Shown here one piece after another: positions 28,534-37,779 of a stretch of 64,000 nucleotides of DNA. The position numbers and the translations under genes are program-made. The notes beneath the pieces were generated by a model. That model did not search any database. It was given only the letters and a program-made list of their open reading frames with translations, and was not told where the DNA came from. Source of the stretch: Bacilli bacterium (GTDB lineage Bacteria; Bacillota_I; Bacilli_A; RF39; UBA660). The stretch lies in contig JBAMOY010000001.1 of NCBI GenBank assembly GCA_037071015.1, positions 192,117 to 256,116 on the forward strand, given 5' to 3'. Position 1 is the stretch's first letter; every line of letters starts with the position of its first letter.

Positions 28534-29097
28534 ATGGAAACTGGAACAATTGTTTTAATTATTGTGGCAGTAATTATTATATTATTACTACTATATATAG
28601 GGACTACGTATAATTCATTAGTAAATTTACGTAATAAGGTTAAGGATCAATGGGCACAGGTTGATGTTTTGCTAAAAAGAAGAGCCGATTTAATTCCTAA
28701 TGTAGTAGAAACGGTAAAGGGTTATGCTGCTCACGAAAAGGATACTTTAGATGCTGTTATCACAGCACGAAATAAGGCTGTTAATGCCACTAATCAACAT
28801 GATGAAATGGCTGCAAATGGAGAATTATCTCAAGCGTTAGGTAGACTATTTGCACTATCAGAGGCATATCCAGATTTAAAAGCCAATACCAATTTTTTAG
28901 ACTTACAAAATAATTTGAAAGATACTGAAGACAAAATTAGTTTTGCTCGTCAATTTTATAATGACATGGTATTAACTTATCAAAATAAGTTAGAAATGTT
29001 TCCTTCAAATATTGTAGCTTCATTATTTGGATTTAAAGCTGCTGAATTCTTTGAAGCAACCAGCGCTGAAAAAGAGACACCGAAAGTTCAATTTTAA
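28534..29097 (+). CDS. lemA: LemA family protein
   Basis: N-terminal TM helix followed by YNSLVNLRNKVKDQWAQVDVLLKRRADLIPN, a LemA signature. Confidence 0.85.
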   Translation: METGTIVLIIVAVIIILLLLYIGTTYNSLVNLRNKVKDQWAQVDVLLKRRADLIPNVVETVKGYAAHEKDTLDAVITARNKAVNATNQHDEMAANGELSQALGRLFALSEAYPDLKANTNFLDLQNNLKDTEDKISFARQFYNDMVLTYQNKLEMFPSNIVASLFGFKAAEFFEATSAEKETPKVQF

Positions 29098-29135
29098 GTC
29101 TACATTGTAGACTTTTTTATTTAAGGAGGAGTGTT

Positions 29136-30854
29136 ATGAAGAAAACTTTTTACTTCATTATGACGGCTTTTGCTACACTTTTTTGTTTACCAAATATAGT
29201 AAAAGCTAACACTATTTATGATATTGATATGTCGATTTATGTGGATGCAAATGGTGATGCTAATGTCACTGAAAAGTGGACAGCTAATTTATCACAAGGA
29301 ACAGAAGGTTATAAACCTTATTATAATTTAGGTTCTGCTTATATTAGTGACTTTAAAGTCTCTGAAAACGGTAAGGAATATACTTTTTTAAATGAGTGGG
29401 AAGTAAATGCTAATTTTGACAAAAAAGCTTATAAAAATGGTATCAATTATCTAGATGATGGAATAGAGTTATGTTGGGGAATAAGTAAATATGGTTATCA
29501 TGAGTATATATTAAATTATAAAATTAATGGTTTTGTTGCTCAGACTGATGATTCACAAATTATTTATTGGACACTAATTCCTTATGAGCTATCAGCAAAA
29601 CCACAAAATGTTCATATTAAGATTTATAGCGATGAAAAATATGCTGATGATTTACCGGTGTGGGGATATGGTAACTATGGTGGTACTGCTTATGTCTATG
29701 ATGGTTATATAGAGATGAATTCTGAAGGGACTTTGCAGAGTGATGAATATATGACTGTTTTAGTTAAATTTGCTCCTGGCACTTTTACTACTAATAATGT
29801 TATTAGTGAAGATTTTGATTATTATTATAATATGGCGGAAGATGGGGCAGTTCATTATAACGAGAAACAACATACTTGGTTTGATACAGTTATGAGTATA
29901 TTAATGATTTTATTTAATATTGCTTTCTGGTTTATATTTGTTTTTGCTTTTTATAAAGGTGTTAGCAAGGCTGCAAATAGAATTGGCCGTTATAATTTAG
30001 ATTTTGGTAAAGGTGGAAAGAAAATATCTAAGGATATTCCAAATGTTAGAGAATTAGTTTTTAATGATGATATCTATAGAGTTTATTGGTTAGCTACTTC
30101 ATATAATTTATCTAAAAATAAAACGGATTTTTTAGGCGCTTTATTACTTAAATGGCTAAAGGAAGATAAAATAAGTATTAAAAAAATAACGACGGGAATA
30201 TTGAAAAAGAAAGAAGAAACTGCGATTGATATGACTAGAGAATTCATTTCTGATAGTCCGTTGGAGACACAATTATTTTCGATGATGAAGATAGCTAGTA
30301 AAGATGGGATTTTAGAATCTAAAGAATTTGAAAAATGGTGTACTAATAATTATTCTAAGATTTATGATTGGTTTGATGATGTTCTAGATTTTGAAACGGA
30401 TAAATTAGTTGCTGAAAATAAAATTGTAATTGAAGAAAAAACTAATTTTAAAGTATTTAAATCGAGTGTTTATCATGTTCAACCTATAATGTTAGAGGAA
30501 GCAACAAGATTAAAAGGAATTAAAAACTTTTTGACTGAATTTTCACGTATTAATGATAAAGAAGCCATTGAAGTTAATATGTGGGAATATTATTTAATAT
30601 ATGCCCAAATTTTAGGGATAGCTGATAAAGTAGCTAAACAATTTAAAAAATTATATCCTGAGTTAATTCAGGACTGTACTTATAATTATGAGGATATTAT
30701 TTTTATTCATGCGATTAGTCATACTGGAATGGCTAGTGCAAGTGCTTCTAAATCTCGCGCCGAATCTTATAGTTCCGGTGGTGGCGGTTTCTCTTCTGGC
30801 GGCGGAGGTGGAGGTTCCTTCGGCGGCGGAGGCGGCGGAGGCGGTTTCCGATAA
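29136..30854 (+). CDS. DUF2207-like membrane protein with a C-terminal Gly-rich tail
   Basis: Signal peptide, a large extracytoplasmic domain, TM helices near residue 250, and a C-terminal SSGGGGFSSGGGGGGSFGGGGGGGGF tail. This is the typical partner of LemA. Confidence 0.55.
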   Translation: MKKTFYFIMTAFATLFCLPNIVKANTIYDIDMSIYVDANGDANVTEKWTANLSQGTEGYKPYYNLGSAYISDFKVSENGKEYTFLNEWEVNANFDKKAYKNGINYLDDGIELCWGISKYGYHEYILNYKINGFVAQTDDSQIIYWTLIPYELSAKPQNVHIKIYSDEKYADDLPVWGYGNYGGTAYVYDGYIEMNSEGTLQSDEYMTVLVKFAPGTFTTNNVISEDFDYYYNMAEDGAVHYNEKQHTWFDTVMSILMILFNIAFWFIFVFAFYKGVSKAANRIGRYNLDFGKGGKKISKDIPNVRELVFNDDIYRVYWLATSYNLSKNKTDFLGALLLKWLKEDKISIKKITTGILKKKEETAIDMTREFISDSPLETQLFSMMKIASKDGILESKEFEKWCTNNYSKIYDWFDDVLDFETDKLVAENKIVIEEKTNFKVFKSSVYHVQPIMLEEATRLKGIKNFLTEFSRINDKEAIEVNMWEYYLIYAQILGIADKVAKQFKKLYPELIQDCTYNYEDIIFIHAISHTGMASASASKSRAESYSSGGGGFSSGGGGGGSFGGGGGGGGFR

Positions 30855-30886
30855 AAAAAATACTTTTATAAAAGTATTTTTTTTTA
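30855..30886. terminator. Bidirectional terminator
   Basis: AAATACTTTT-ata-AAAAGTATTT, a 10-bp stem, flanked by an A8 run and a T9 run. Confidence 0.5.
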
Positions 30887-31198
30887 CATCATTTGATAAT
30901 TAGACCCAAAAGATGTTGTATTATTAGTTGATGTATTGTTTTCTAATCGCGTTACACGACGATCTAAGTTATTTATTTGTTGTTGCATTTGATTTAATTG
31001 TTGTTCAATTGTATTAGAAGATGAATACTGTGATGATTGATTAGTTGACATCATATTATTTGCCGGGATAGCACCAGCGTAACCATATGTTGGTGGCATT
31101 GGTATTGGCATATTTGGAGCCATCATTCCAGGTGCCATCATTCCTGGATAAGTTGGATATACAGGATAAGAATTACCTCCACAATTTCGATCTTTTTT
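30884..31198 (-). CDS. Small Pro/Met/Gly-repeat protein with a C-terminal coiled coil (possible spore-coat-like)
   Basis: PGMMAPGMMAPNMPIPMPP repeats and a QQLNQMQQQINNLDRRVTRLENN heptad. I place the start at TTG with an AAGGAG ribosome-binding site; the ORF track's GTG start at 31210 directly abuts the RBS. Confidence 0.3.
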   Translation of the reverse strand, partial: KKDRNCGGNSYPVYPTYPGMMAPGMMAPNMPIPMPPTYGYAGAIPANNMMSTNQSSQYSSSNTIEQQLNQMQQQINNLDRRVTRLENNTSTNNTTSFGSNYQMM

Positions 31199-31287
31199 CA
31201 AAAAACTCACTCCTTCTTTGTTCTAATTAATTATATGCGATTGTTTATTTTTTGTTCTTAATATGTTATAATTGTCATGGTGATAAT

Positions 31288-31926
31288 ATGCGTCTTAAGA
31301 ATGTACGTGGGGCGAGAGAAAAAATTGAGGCCTCTTCATATTTCTTACACGAACCGGAAAGATATCGTGGAAAATATAACAGTTTATTTAAAAATAATAA
31401 TCCTATCTCCCTGGAAATTGGTATGGGGAAGGGGAATTTTATTATTACGATGGCTCAGAAATATCCGGATATTAATTTTATTGGTATTGAGAAATATGAT
31501 AGTGTATTAGTTAGAGCCTGTGAAAAGCTAGAAACATTAAAACTAGACAATCTTTATTTAATAAGTATGGACGCTACTAATATTTTAGATGTTTTTGATA
31601 AGGATATAGATACTATTTATTTAAATTTTTCAGATCCATGGCCTAAAAAACGACATAGTAACAGACGTTTGTCTAGTAAAGTTTTTTTAGACAAATATGA
31701 TTTAATCTCCGCTGGCACGCCACATATTGTTATGAAAACAGATAATCGGCAATTATTTGAATATTCTTTATTAACTCTGTCTCAAAATAATTATGTTTTA
31801 AACGATATTAGCTTAAATCTCCATGCTGAAGATGATAAGTTAGTAGATAATGTTATGACGGAATATGAACAAAAGTTTTTCAGTCATAATGCGATTATTT
31901 ATAAAGTGGATGCTATTAAAAGGTGA
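31288..31926 (+). CDS. trmB: tRNA (guanine46-N7)-methyltransferase
   Basis: IEIGMGKGNFI (SAM-binding region) and NFSDPWPKKRHSNRRL, TrmB signatures. The start MRLKNVRG resembles B. subtilis TrmB. Confidence 0.85.
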   Translation: MRLKNVRGAREKIEASSYFLHEPERYRGKYNSLFKNNNPISLEIGMGKGNFIITMAQKYPDINFIGIEKYDSVLVRACEKLETLKLDNLYLISMDATNILDVFDKDIDTIYLNFSDPWPKKRHSNRRLSSKVFLDKYDLISAGTPHIVMKTDNRQLFEYSLLTLSQNNYVLNDISLNLHAEDDKLVDNVMTEYEQKFFSHNAIIYKVDAIKR

Positions 31927-31999
31927 TATTGACAAATTTATGTAAATAATCTTTTGTTATTATTTATATTTTGATATAATCATAGTAAGAAGGTGTAAT

Positions 32000-32626
32000 A
32001 TGAAAAAGTGGCGATCCATTTTATTAGTATTAGCAACCATGACTTTAGTTAGCGGTTGTACGGCTGTCAGAATAGATACTGATAGTATTGATAATACAAT
32101 TAATGTGATTTTATCAAAAGATAACACACTGTATAATCGTGTTGGAAAGGGTTATAAGTATTATGTTCCAAGAGGTGTTAATTATATTGATACTGATGAA
32201 TTTAACGATAAATTATATTCCAATGGTAACTATTATTATTTATATATTGATGCTATTAGCTATTATTATAAAGAAGATAATCAACATGAATATCAAAAGG
32301 ATAGTTATTATAAACGTGATTTAGATATTAATGGCAAAAAAGGTTACGTAGAAATATTAAAGCTAGATAATAAACAATACTATGTTGAGTTTATGTATAA
32401 TTATGCTAAGATAGAAGCTATTGTTAATAAAAGTGATATCAATGAAGTTATTTTAAATGCATCATATATTTTATCTACTGTAAAATTTAATGATAATGTT
32501 ATTAGAATTATGCTAGATGATGACTATTTTATTAATAAAGAAGAAAAATATGATATTTTTGAAGATAAAAATGTGAATGATACAACTACTAACTTTTTAG
32601 ATTATAATGACGAAGAGGAAAAATAG
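32000..32626 (+). CDS. Putative lipoprotein
   Basis: Signal peptide with lipobox LVSGC. Tyr/Asn-rich mature region. Confidence 0.45.
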   Translation: MKKWRSILLVLATMTLVSGCTAVRIDTDSIDNTINVILSKDNTLYNRVGKGYKYYVPRGVNYIDTDEFNDKLYSNGNYYYLYIDAISYYYKEDNQHEYQKDSYYKRDLDINGKKGYVEILKLDNKQYYVEFMYNYAKIEAIVNKSDINEVILNASYILSTVKFNDNVIRIMLDDDYFINKEEKYDIFEDKNVNDTTTNFLDYNDEEEK

Positions 32627-33449
32627 AGGTGATAATATGGGATTTATGAATAAAATAAAAAATTTATTTACAGAAGAGATTGAAGAGGAAGAACCTAAAA
32701 ATCCAATAAAAAAAGAGATACAGGTTTCAATTCCTTCACCTGTCGAAGAAAAGAAAGTTGAACCTGAAGTTAAACCAGAGGCAGAAATTATTGAAAATAC
32801 GGCCATTCAAAAAGAAGAAAAATTTGTTTTTCCTGTTTTCTTTGACGATAAAGATTTTGACACATTAGAGCCACCTAAACCAAAAGAGGAACCTAAGCCT
32901 AAACGTGAAACATATGGTGGAGCGACAATTGATGTATCTCCGAAAAGAGAAGAACATGTATTTAAGCCAACGCCAATTATTTCTCCGGTATATGGTATTT
33001 TAGATAAAAATTATAAGAAGGAAGATATAACTTCACGAAAAAAAAGTGTTTCCTTAGATGATTTTTATTCACAGCCGAAAACTCTGACTGTAGACGATAT
33101 TAGAAATAAAGCCTTTGGTACTTTAGAAGATGATTTAGAAAGTACTTTAGTTGGTCCAATGGGACCGATTCATGAAAAAGTCGATGCTGATGAAACTTTT
33201 GAAGATAATGATATGTTTGAAGAATTGTCACAAGAAGAGGTTATTACTACTCCTACGGACGATGCAATCGAAGAATTTATTAATGAAGAATCAAATGAAA
33301 GTCAAGAAGCGAATAATCAGCCAGAAACCACAGATAATATAGTTGAGGAAGAATTGAATAAAATTTATGATGATGAACAAGAAACGTTAAATGATAGTGA
33401 CTTATTTAATTTGATTGATTCAATGTATGAAGATGGAGATGAAGAGTAA
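32607..33449 (+). CDS. Acidic hypothetical protein (280 aa)
   Basis: Low-complexity Glu/Asp/Lys-rich sequence. The N-terminus MGFMNKIKNLF loosely resembles the start of SepF, but no SepF core domain is present. Confidence 0.3.
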   Translation: MTKRKNRGDNMGFMNKIKNLFTEEIEEEEPKNPIKKEIQVSIPSPVEEKKVEPEVKPEAEIIENTAIQKEEKFVFPVFFDDKDFDTLEPPKPKEEPKPKRETYGGATIDVSPKREEHVFKPTPIISPVYGILDKNYKKEDITSRKKSVSLDDFYSQPKTLTVDDIRNKAFGTLEDDLESTLVGPMGPIHEKVDADETFEDNDMFEELSQEEVITTPTDDAIEEFINEESNESQEANNQPETTDNIVEEELNKIYDDEQETLNDSDLFNLIDSMYEDGDEE

Positions 33450-33751
33450 TGCAATGTTTAAATGAAGTATTTCCTGTAATATTATATTTCTTATTATCTA
33501 TACTATTAGTAGTATTAATTATTTTATGTGTTAAAGCGATTAGCACTTTATCAAAAGTTAATCAAGTTGTTGATGATGTTAATCATAAAGTTAATAAACT
33601 AAATGGAGTATTTAATATCATTGATTCAACAACTGATGCTTTAGCATTAGCTAGTGATAAAATCGTAGCTTTTATCACTTCAGGTATTACTAATTTGTTT
33701 GCTAAAAAAGCTAAAAAGAAAGAGGAGATGAATGATTATGAGCAAAAATAA
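33449..33751 (+). CDS. DUF948-like small membrane protein
   Basis: One N-terminal TM helix plus a coiled region, similar to the YtxG-type stress protein family. Confidence 0.4.
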   Translation: MQCLNEVFPVILYFLLSILLVVLIILCVKAISTLSKVNQVVDDVNHKVNKLNGVFNIIDSTTDALALASDKIVAFITSGITNLFAKKAKKKEEMNDYEQK

Positions 33752-34145
33752 AAAGAAAGGTTTTGGTAAATTTTTATTGGGAGCAGCATTAGGAACTGGA
33801 ATCGGTATGTTGTTTGCTCCGAAAAAGGGAGAAGATTTGCGCCGAGACTTAGCAAAAAAAATTGATGAGTTATTGAGTAAAGTTAAAGAAATCGATGCTG
33901 ACGATGTTAAGGAAACTATTGAAGCTAAGATATATGAAATTAAAAATGAATTAGAAGATCTAGATAAAGAAAAAGTATTGAAAGTAGCTAAGAAAAAAGT
34001 GAAAGATATTAGAGATATGGCTGACGAACTAGTTGATTATGCTGTTGAAAAAGGAACACCTGTATTAGAAAAGACTGCAGTTGCCGTAAAAGAAAAAGCG
34101 ATTGAAGTTACAAAGGATGTTTTAAAGAAATTAGAAGAAAAATAA
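33732..34145 (+). CDS. YtxH-like protein
   Basis: N-terminal MSKNKKKGFGKFLLGAALGTGIGMLFAPKKGEDLR followed by a Lys/Glu-rich coiled coil. Confidence 0.5.
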   Translation: MIMSKNKKKGFGKFLLGAALGTGIGMLFAPKKGEDLRRDLAKKIDELLSKVKEIDADDVKETIEAKIYEIKNELEDLDKEKVLKVAKKKVKDIRDMADELVDYAVEKGTPVLEKTAVAVKEKAIEVTKDVLKKLEEK

Positions 34146-34170
34146 AAGGCTTGTTGCCTTTTATTTTTTT
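34144..34170. terminator. Bidirectional terminator between the ytxH-like gene and the secA paralog
   Basis: AAAAGGC-ttgtt-GCCTTTT followed by ATTTTTTT. It overlaps both stop codons. Confidence 0.45.
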
Positions 34171-37112
34171 GGATAATAACCAAGTTTTTCATTTTTAGTA
34201 TGATAGTAATTTATCGATTTGATTAAATTAATAATTAAATTTTTTCTTGTCTCTAAAGTTGTTTTTTCATATTCTTTACTTAATGCTATAGAAAATTCAA
34301 CCTTAGGATCTTTATTAGCTCCGCCAGTATTTAATAGGCTAACTTGTTGTCTAATATCATCGACTTTATCATTTATAAAATCTTGAAAAGAAGTGTCCAT
34401 CATTCCTAACAGAAGATTTCGCTTCATTTCAGAAGCTCTATCTTGTTTGTGATACAAATTATACTCTTGATCAAATTGCGTCATTTTATCATTTAAATTG
34501 TTAATTATAGTATTGATTAGACTCTGTTTGTTTAAATTCTGACCAGTAGTTAATAAGTCAAAGCCAACTAATTCACTATAACTGTTAATCGTATCATTTA
34601 GCTGATTGTTTTCTATAGCGGTTGTTATATCGTTCGTAACAACTCTGTTAATCATATTTTCAATAATTTCATTAATAGGAATATTTGTATCTAAAAGAGT
34701 GTCTCGTTCTTTATAAAAACCAGTGCGACAAATATCAATAAAACTATCATATTGTGAAGATTCTAATCGTTGCCGCATATCGTTAGCTTCACTAATCGTT
34801 TGGGCTTTTTCAAATATCTGTAATACTTTTGAATCAGTAGAACGTTCTATGTTATTATCGATCATATATGTTTTAACTTTATCAACATCTTCGCGGTTTA
34901 ATTGTGATAGTATAGAATCTTCCAATGAAACAAAAAACTTACTTTCGCCTTTATCTGTTTGTCGACCAGAACGGCCGCGTAATTGATTGTTGATACGACG
35001 ACTATTGTGATAGCTACTACCAATAACAAATAATCCACCAGCAGCTATAACTTTCTGTTTTTCTTCGTTAGCCTTTTCTTTTAATTCTTCTATATTTAGT
35101 ACTTGTTTAGCCTTTGTTTGATAATTTTGAATAATTGTTTCCATAAGTCTTTTAATCTCTTTCAATCGTTCATCTTGAAGTTCATCATAACTTTTTAGTA
35201 AACATTCATCAATAATATATTGATTACCAACACACTGTTTAATTTTATCCATTGCTCTATTAGTTCCTATTACTTCAGGATCGATAGAGCCACCAAGAGG
35301 GATATCGGTACCTCGTCCAGCCATATTGGTTGAAATTGTAATTGAATTAGCTTTTCCAGCATTAGCAACGATTAGTGATTCAATCTTATCGTTTTTAGCA
35401 TTTAAAAGATTAATATTGGCTTTTCGAAATTTAAATAACTCTTGAAGGGTTGAGCTGTTTTGAATAATGTTTTTAATATTTGATAATATGGTCGTATTTT
35501 TGATTGAGGCTATATATTGAATTAAAAAATCTCTTTGTTCATTATTAAGAGGTGCATTTAAGTTATCGGAATTTATTAACCCTTGATTTAACATTTGATC
35601 ATATATTGTATTTAATTCTTTTTGTATTGCTATGACTATATTATTTAGGGTCTCAGACTCATCAATAGAAGTTGTTCCTATTAAAACTGGCTGCTCTTTA
35701 AGATTACAAATTATAATCTGTTCAATAATGGCATTATATTTTTCTAATTTTGTAGTGCAGATTGTTGTTGGATGGTCCGTACGTGTTTGAAAGTTATTTT
35801 TAGGTAATTTTAATTTATTATTAGTAAATAATTCTGGCGGAATATCTTTATAATGTGGTATTTTGACTACTGACTTATCATACTGCATCACGAATTCATC
35901 ATACTCTGAAAAAGCTGTACCACTTGTACCAGAAATATTATGAAATTTTTTAATAAAACTAGAAATTGTAATGGATGAATCAGTATTATGTATAGGTGTA
36001 ATTTCTAGATTCTCTTTAGCTTCTAAAGCTTGATGTAAACCATAACTGAAATTATTATCGTGAAGTTTACGGTCGGTTGTTTTATCTATTAAAACTATTT
36101 TTCCATTTTCGACAATATAACGGTCATTTAACTTTAAATCTCTAGCAGTTAGAGCATTTAACATATAACTATATACCTCTGGCCATTTTTCTTGATCATT
36201 AGCACTTATACCAAAAAACTTTTCAATTTTATTAATACCATTATCAGTTAAAACAGGTAATTCTGTTTCTTTACTAAAATAGAAATCAATTTCATCAATT
36301 TGATCATAGGCTTCAAATTCATCCATATACAATCTTTTAATAGCTTGAAATGAGCCCTGTTGTGTATCCAGAGGAGCTACTAAACGATCGGCTAGGATTT
36401 TAGCTTTTTCTAGGTAATCGTTATTGATTGGCAATTCTTCACCAGATAGAACTAGTGGAGTCATGCCTTGATCAAATAAAATAGAATCCATCTCATCAAT
36501 GATTAAGGAGTCTAGCGAATGCATTACCTTACTAGATTTTTCTTTAACCAAATTATCTCGAAGATAGTCAAATCCTAATTGTTGAATCGTACTATATACA
36601 ATATTGCTTTGATAAGCTTGTTTCTTCTCATTACGGCTTGATTTTTGCGTAATATGAGAGACAGTAGTTCCTAGTGCATCAAAAATTTTTTTTGCTTCAT
36701 GACTATCACGTTCGGCTAGATAATCATTAGAAGTCACAATGTTAACATTTCCGTATAGCGAATCAAAATAGGCTTTAAGCGGAATAACTAAAGATTTGCC
36801 TTGCCCTGTCATCATTTCAGCAACAGCATTGTTAACCATCGCTGTCGCTGCTAATATCTGTGAAGGGTATTGTCTTTTGCCTGTTCGACGATAAGTAGCC
36901 TCGCGGCAAGCGGCGAAAGCATGTGGTAAAACTTCATCTTTGGAAGCACCATTAGCAATTAATTCCTTTAAACGTTCTGTTATAGTGAATAGTTCTGTGT
37001 CAGATAAATTTCGATAATTATCTTCTAGATCGAGAACTTTTTTGACCGTTGGAAGGAAACTTCTCAATTCACGATCACTATTAGTTTCAGTCATTTTGCT
37101 TAAAAAGCTCAT
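34161..37112 (-). CDS. secA2: Divergent SecA-family preprotein translocase ATPase paralog (SecA2-like)
   Basis: Collinear with SecA: Walker A MMTGQGKS, GFDYLRDN, Walker B DEMDSILFD, SGTSGTA, NMAGRGTDI and RGRSGRQTD. It has an insert of about 70 aa in NBD2 and no C-terminal zinc-finger tail. 983 aa. The gene_symbol is provisional. Confidence 0.75.
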   Translation of the reverse strand: MSFLSKMTETNSDRELRSFLPTVKKVLDLEDNYRNLSDTELFTITERLKELIANGASKDEVLPHAFAACREATYRRTGKRQYPSQILAATAMVNNAVAEMMTGQGKSLVIPLKAYFDSLYGNVNIVTSNDYLAERDSHEAKKIFDALGTTVSHITQKSSRNEKKQAYQSNIVYSTIQQLGFDYLRDNLVKEKSSKVMHSLDSLIIDEMDSILFDQGMTPLVLSGEELPINNDYLEKAKILADRLVAPLDTQQGSFQAIKRLYMDEFEAYDQIDEIDFYFSKETELPVLTDNGINKIEKFFGISANDQEKWPEVYSYMLNALTARDLKLNDRYIVENGKIVLIDKTTDRKLHDNNFSYGLHQALEAKENLEITPIHNTDSSITISSFIKKFHNISGTSGTAFSEYDEFVMQYDKSVVKIPHYKDIPPELFTNNKLKLPKNNFQTRTDHPTTICTTKLEKYNAIIEQIIICNLKEQPVLIGTTSIDESETLNNIVIAIQKELNTIYDQMLNQGLINSDNLNAPLNNEQRDFLIQYIASIKNTTILSNIKNIIQNSSTLQELFKFRKANINLLNAKNDKIESLIVANAGKANSITISTNMAGRGTDIPLGGSIDPEVIGTNRAMDKIKQCVGNQYIIDECLLKSYDELQDERLKEIKRLMETIIQNYQTKAKQVLNIEELKEKANEEKQKVIAAGGLFVIGSSYHNSRRINNQLRGRSGRQTDKGESKFFVSLEDSILSQLNREDVDKVKTYMIDNNIERSTDSKVLQIFEKAQTISEANDMRQRLESSQYDSFIDICRTGFYKERDTLLDTNIPINEIIENMINRVVTNDITTAIENNQLNDTINSYSELVGFDLLTTGQNLNKQSLINTIINNLNDKMTQFDQEYNLYHKQDRASEMKRNLLLGMMDTSFQDFINDKVDDIRQQVSLLNTGGANKDPKVEFSIALSKEYEKTTLETRKNLIINLIKSINYYHTKNEKLGYYPKK

Positions 37113-37170
37113 GTTATCACCTCGCTATTATCACTTATATAATGATAGCAAAAAACAGGATAAAAAGCAA

Positions 37171-37635
37171 TTATTTATCCTGTATAATCAATCTACTATT
37201 GCATTTACCCGTTAAATAATCAATAGAAATTTGATAAAAGTTTGCTAAGATAATTATTTTGTTGACAGAAGGAATAATTAAGCCTAATTCATACTTGCCA
37301 TAAGTTGATTTAGTTATATCTAAAATATTAGCGATACTTTCCTGTGATAAATCTTTGTTTTTTCTTTCGAGTTTTAAACGTTTAGACAAATTTCTGTAAT
37401 CGATATTTTTTATAGGAATAACTTTTTTTATGTTAGTTAAACCAAGTATATAATCAAAGCTAACGTTGTATCTTGTTGATAGCTTATCTAATATTCGCAG
37501 TGGTATTTTATTGGTTCCATCTTCCCATTTAGCATAAGTTGAACGATAAACTTCTAAATAGTTAGCAATATCTTTTTGTGTTAAATCATTATCTTCCCTT
37601 AAATCTTTTATTCTTTTATACACGCCGCACACCAC
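37171..37635 (-). CDS. XRE-family transcriptional regulator with two tandem HTH domains
   Basis: Two repeats of the HTH_XRE pattern (LTQKDIANYLEVYRSTYAKWE and LSQESIANILDITKSTYGKYE). 154 aa. Same strand as the secA paralog, 58 nt upstream of it. Confidence 0.75.
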   Translation of the reverse strand: MVCGVYKRIKDLREDNDLTQKDIANYLEVYRSTYAKWEDGTNKIPLRILDKLSTRYNVSFDYILGLTNIKKVIPIKNIDYRNLSKRLKLERKNKDLSQESIANILDITKSTYGKYELGLIIPSVNKIIILANFYQISIDYLTGKCNSRLIIQDK

Positions 37636-37720
37636 CTATATTATAATTTTCTCATAGCTAATTCGTAAAATTAAATTTTGCGACTGTGACGATATTTTTT
37701 TTGCTATTTTTTAAATTATA

Positions 37721-37759
37721 TGTTATAATTACAAAAGAGCAGTAAATATATTTACTGCT
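37721..37759 (+). promoter_or_regulatory. Extended -10 (TGtTATAAT) followed by a perfect 22-bp palindrome, a candidate operator
   Basis: TGTTATAAT at 37721-37729. AGCAGTAAATA|TATTTACTGCT at 37738-37759. It lies in the divergent region between the XRE gene and the 224-aa ORF. Confidence 0.4.
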
Positions 37760-37779
37760 TATTTTATTATTTTCAAATA

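Noticed and set aside
31252-31287. The N-terminal extension MFLICYNCHGDN on TrmB as a possible Cys-rich zinc knuckle.
   Set aside because: The extension has no ribosome-binding site. The downstream ATG (MRLKNVRG) aligns with known TrmB N-termini. It is likely an ORF-caller artefact.
32607-33449. Calling the acidic 280-aa protein SepF (cell division).
   Set aside because: Only the first 11 residues resemble B. subtilis SepF. The conserved C-terminal SepF FtsZ-binding core is absent.
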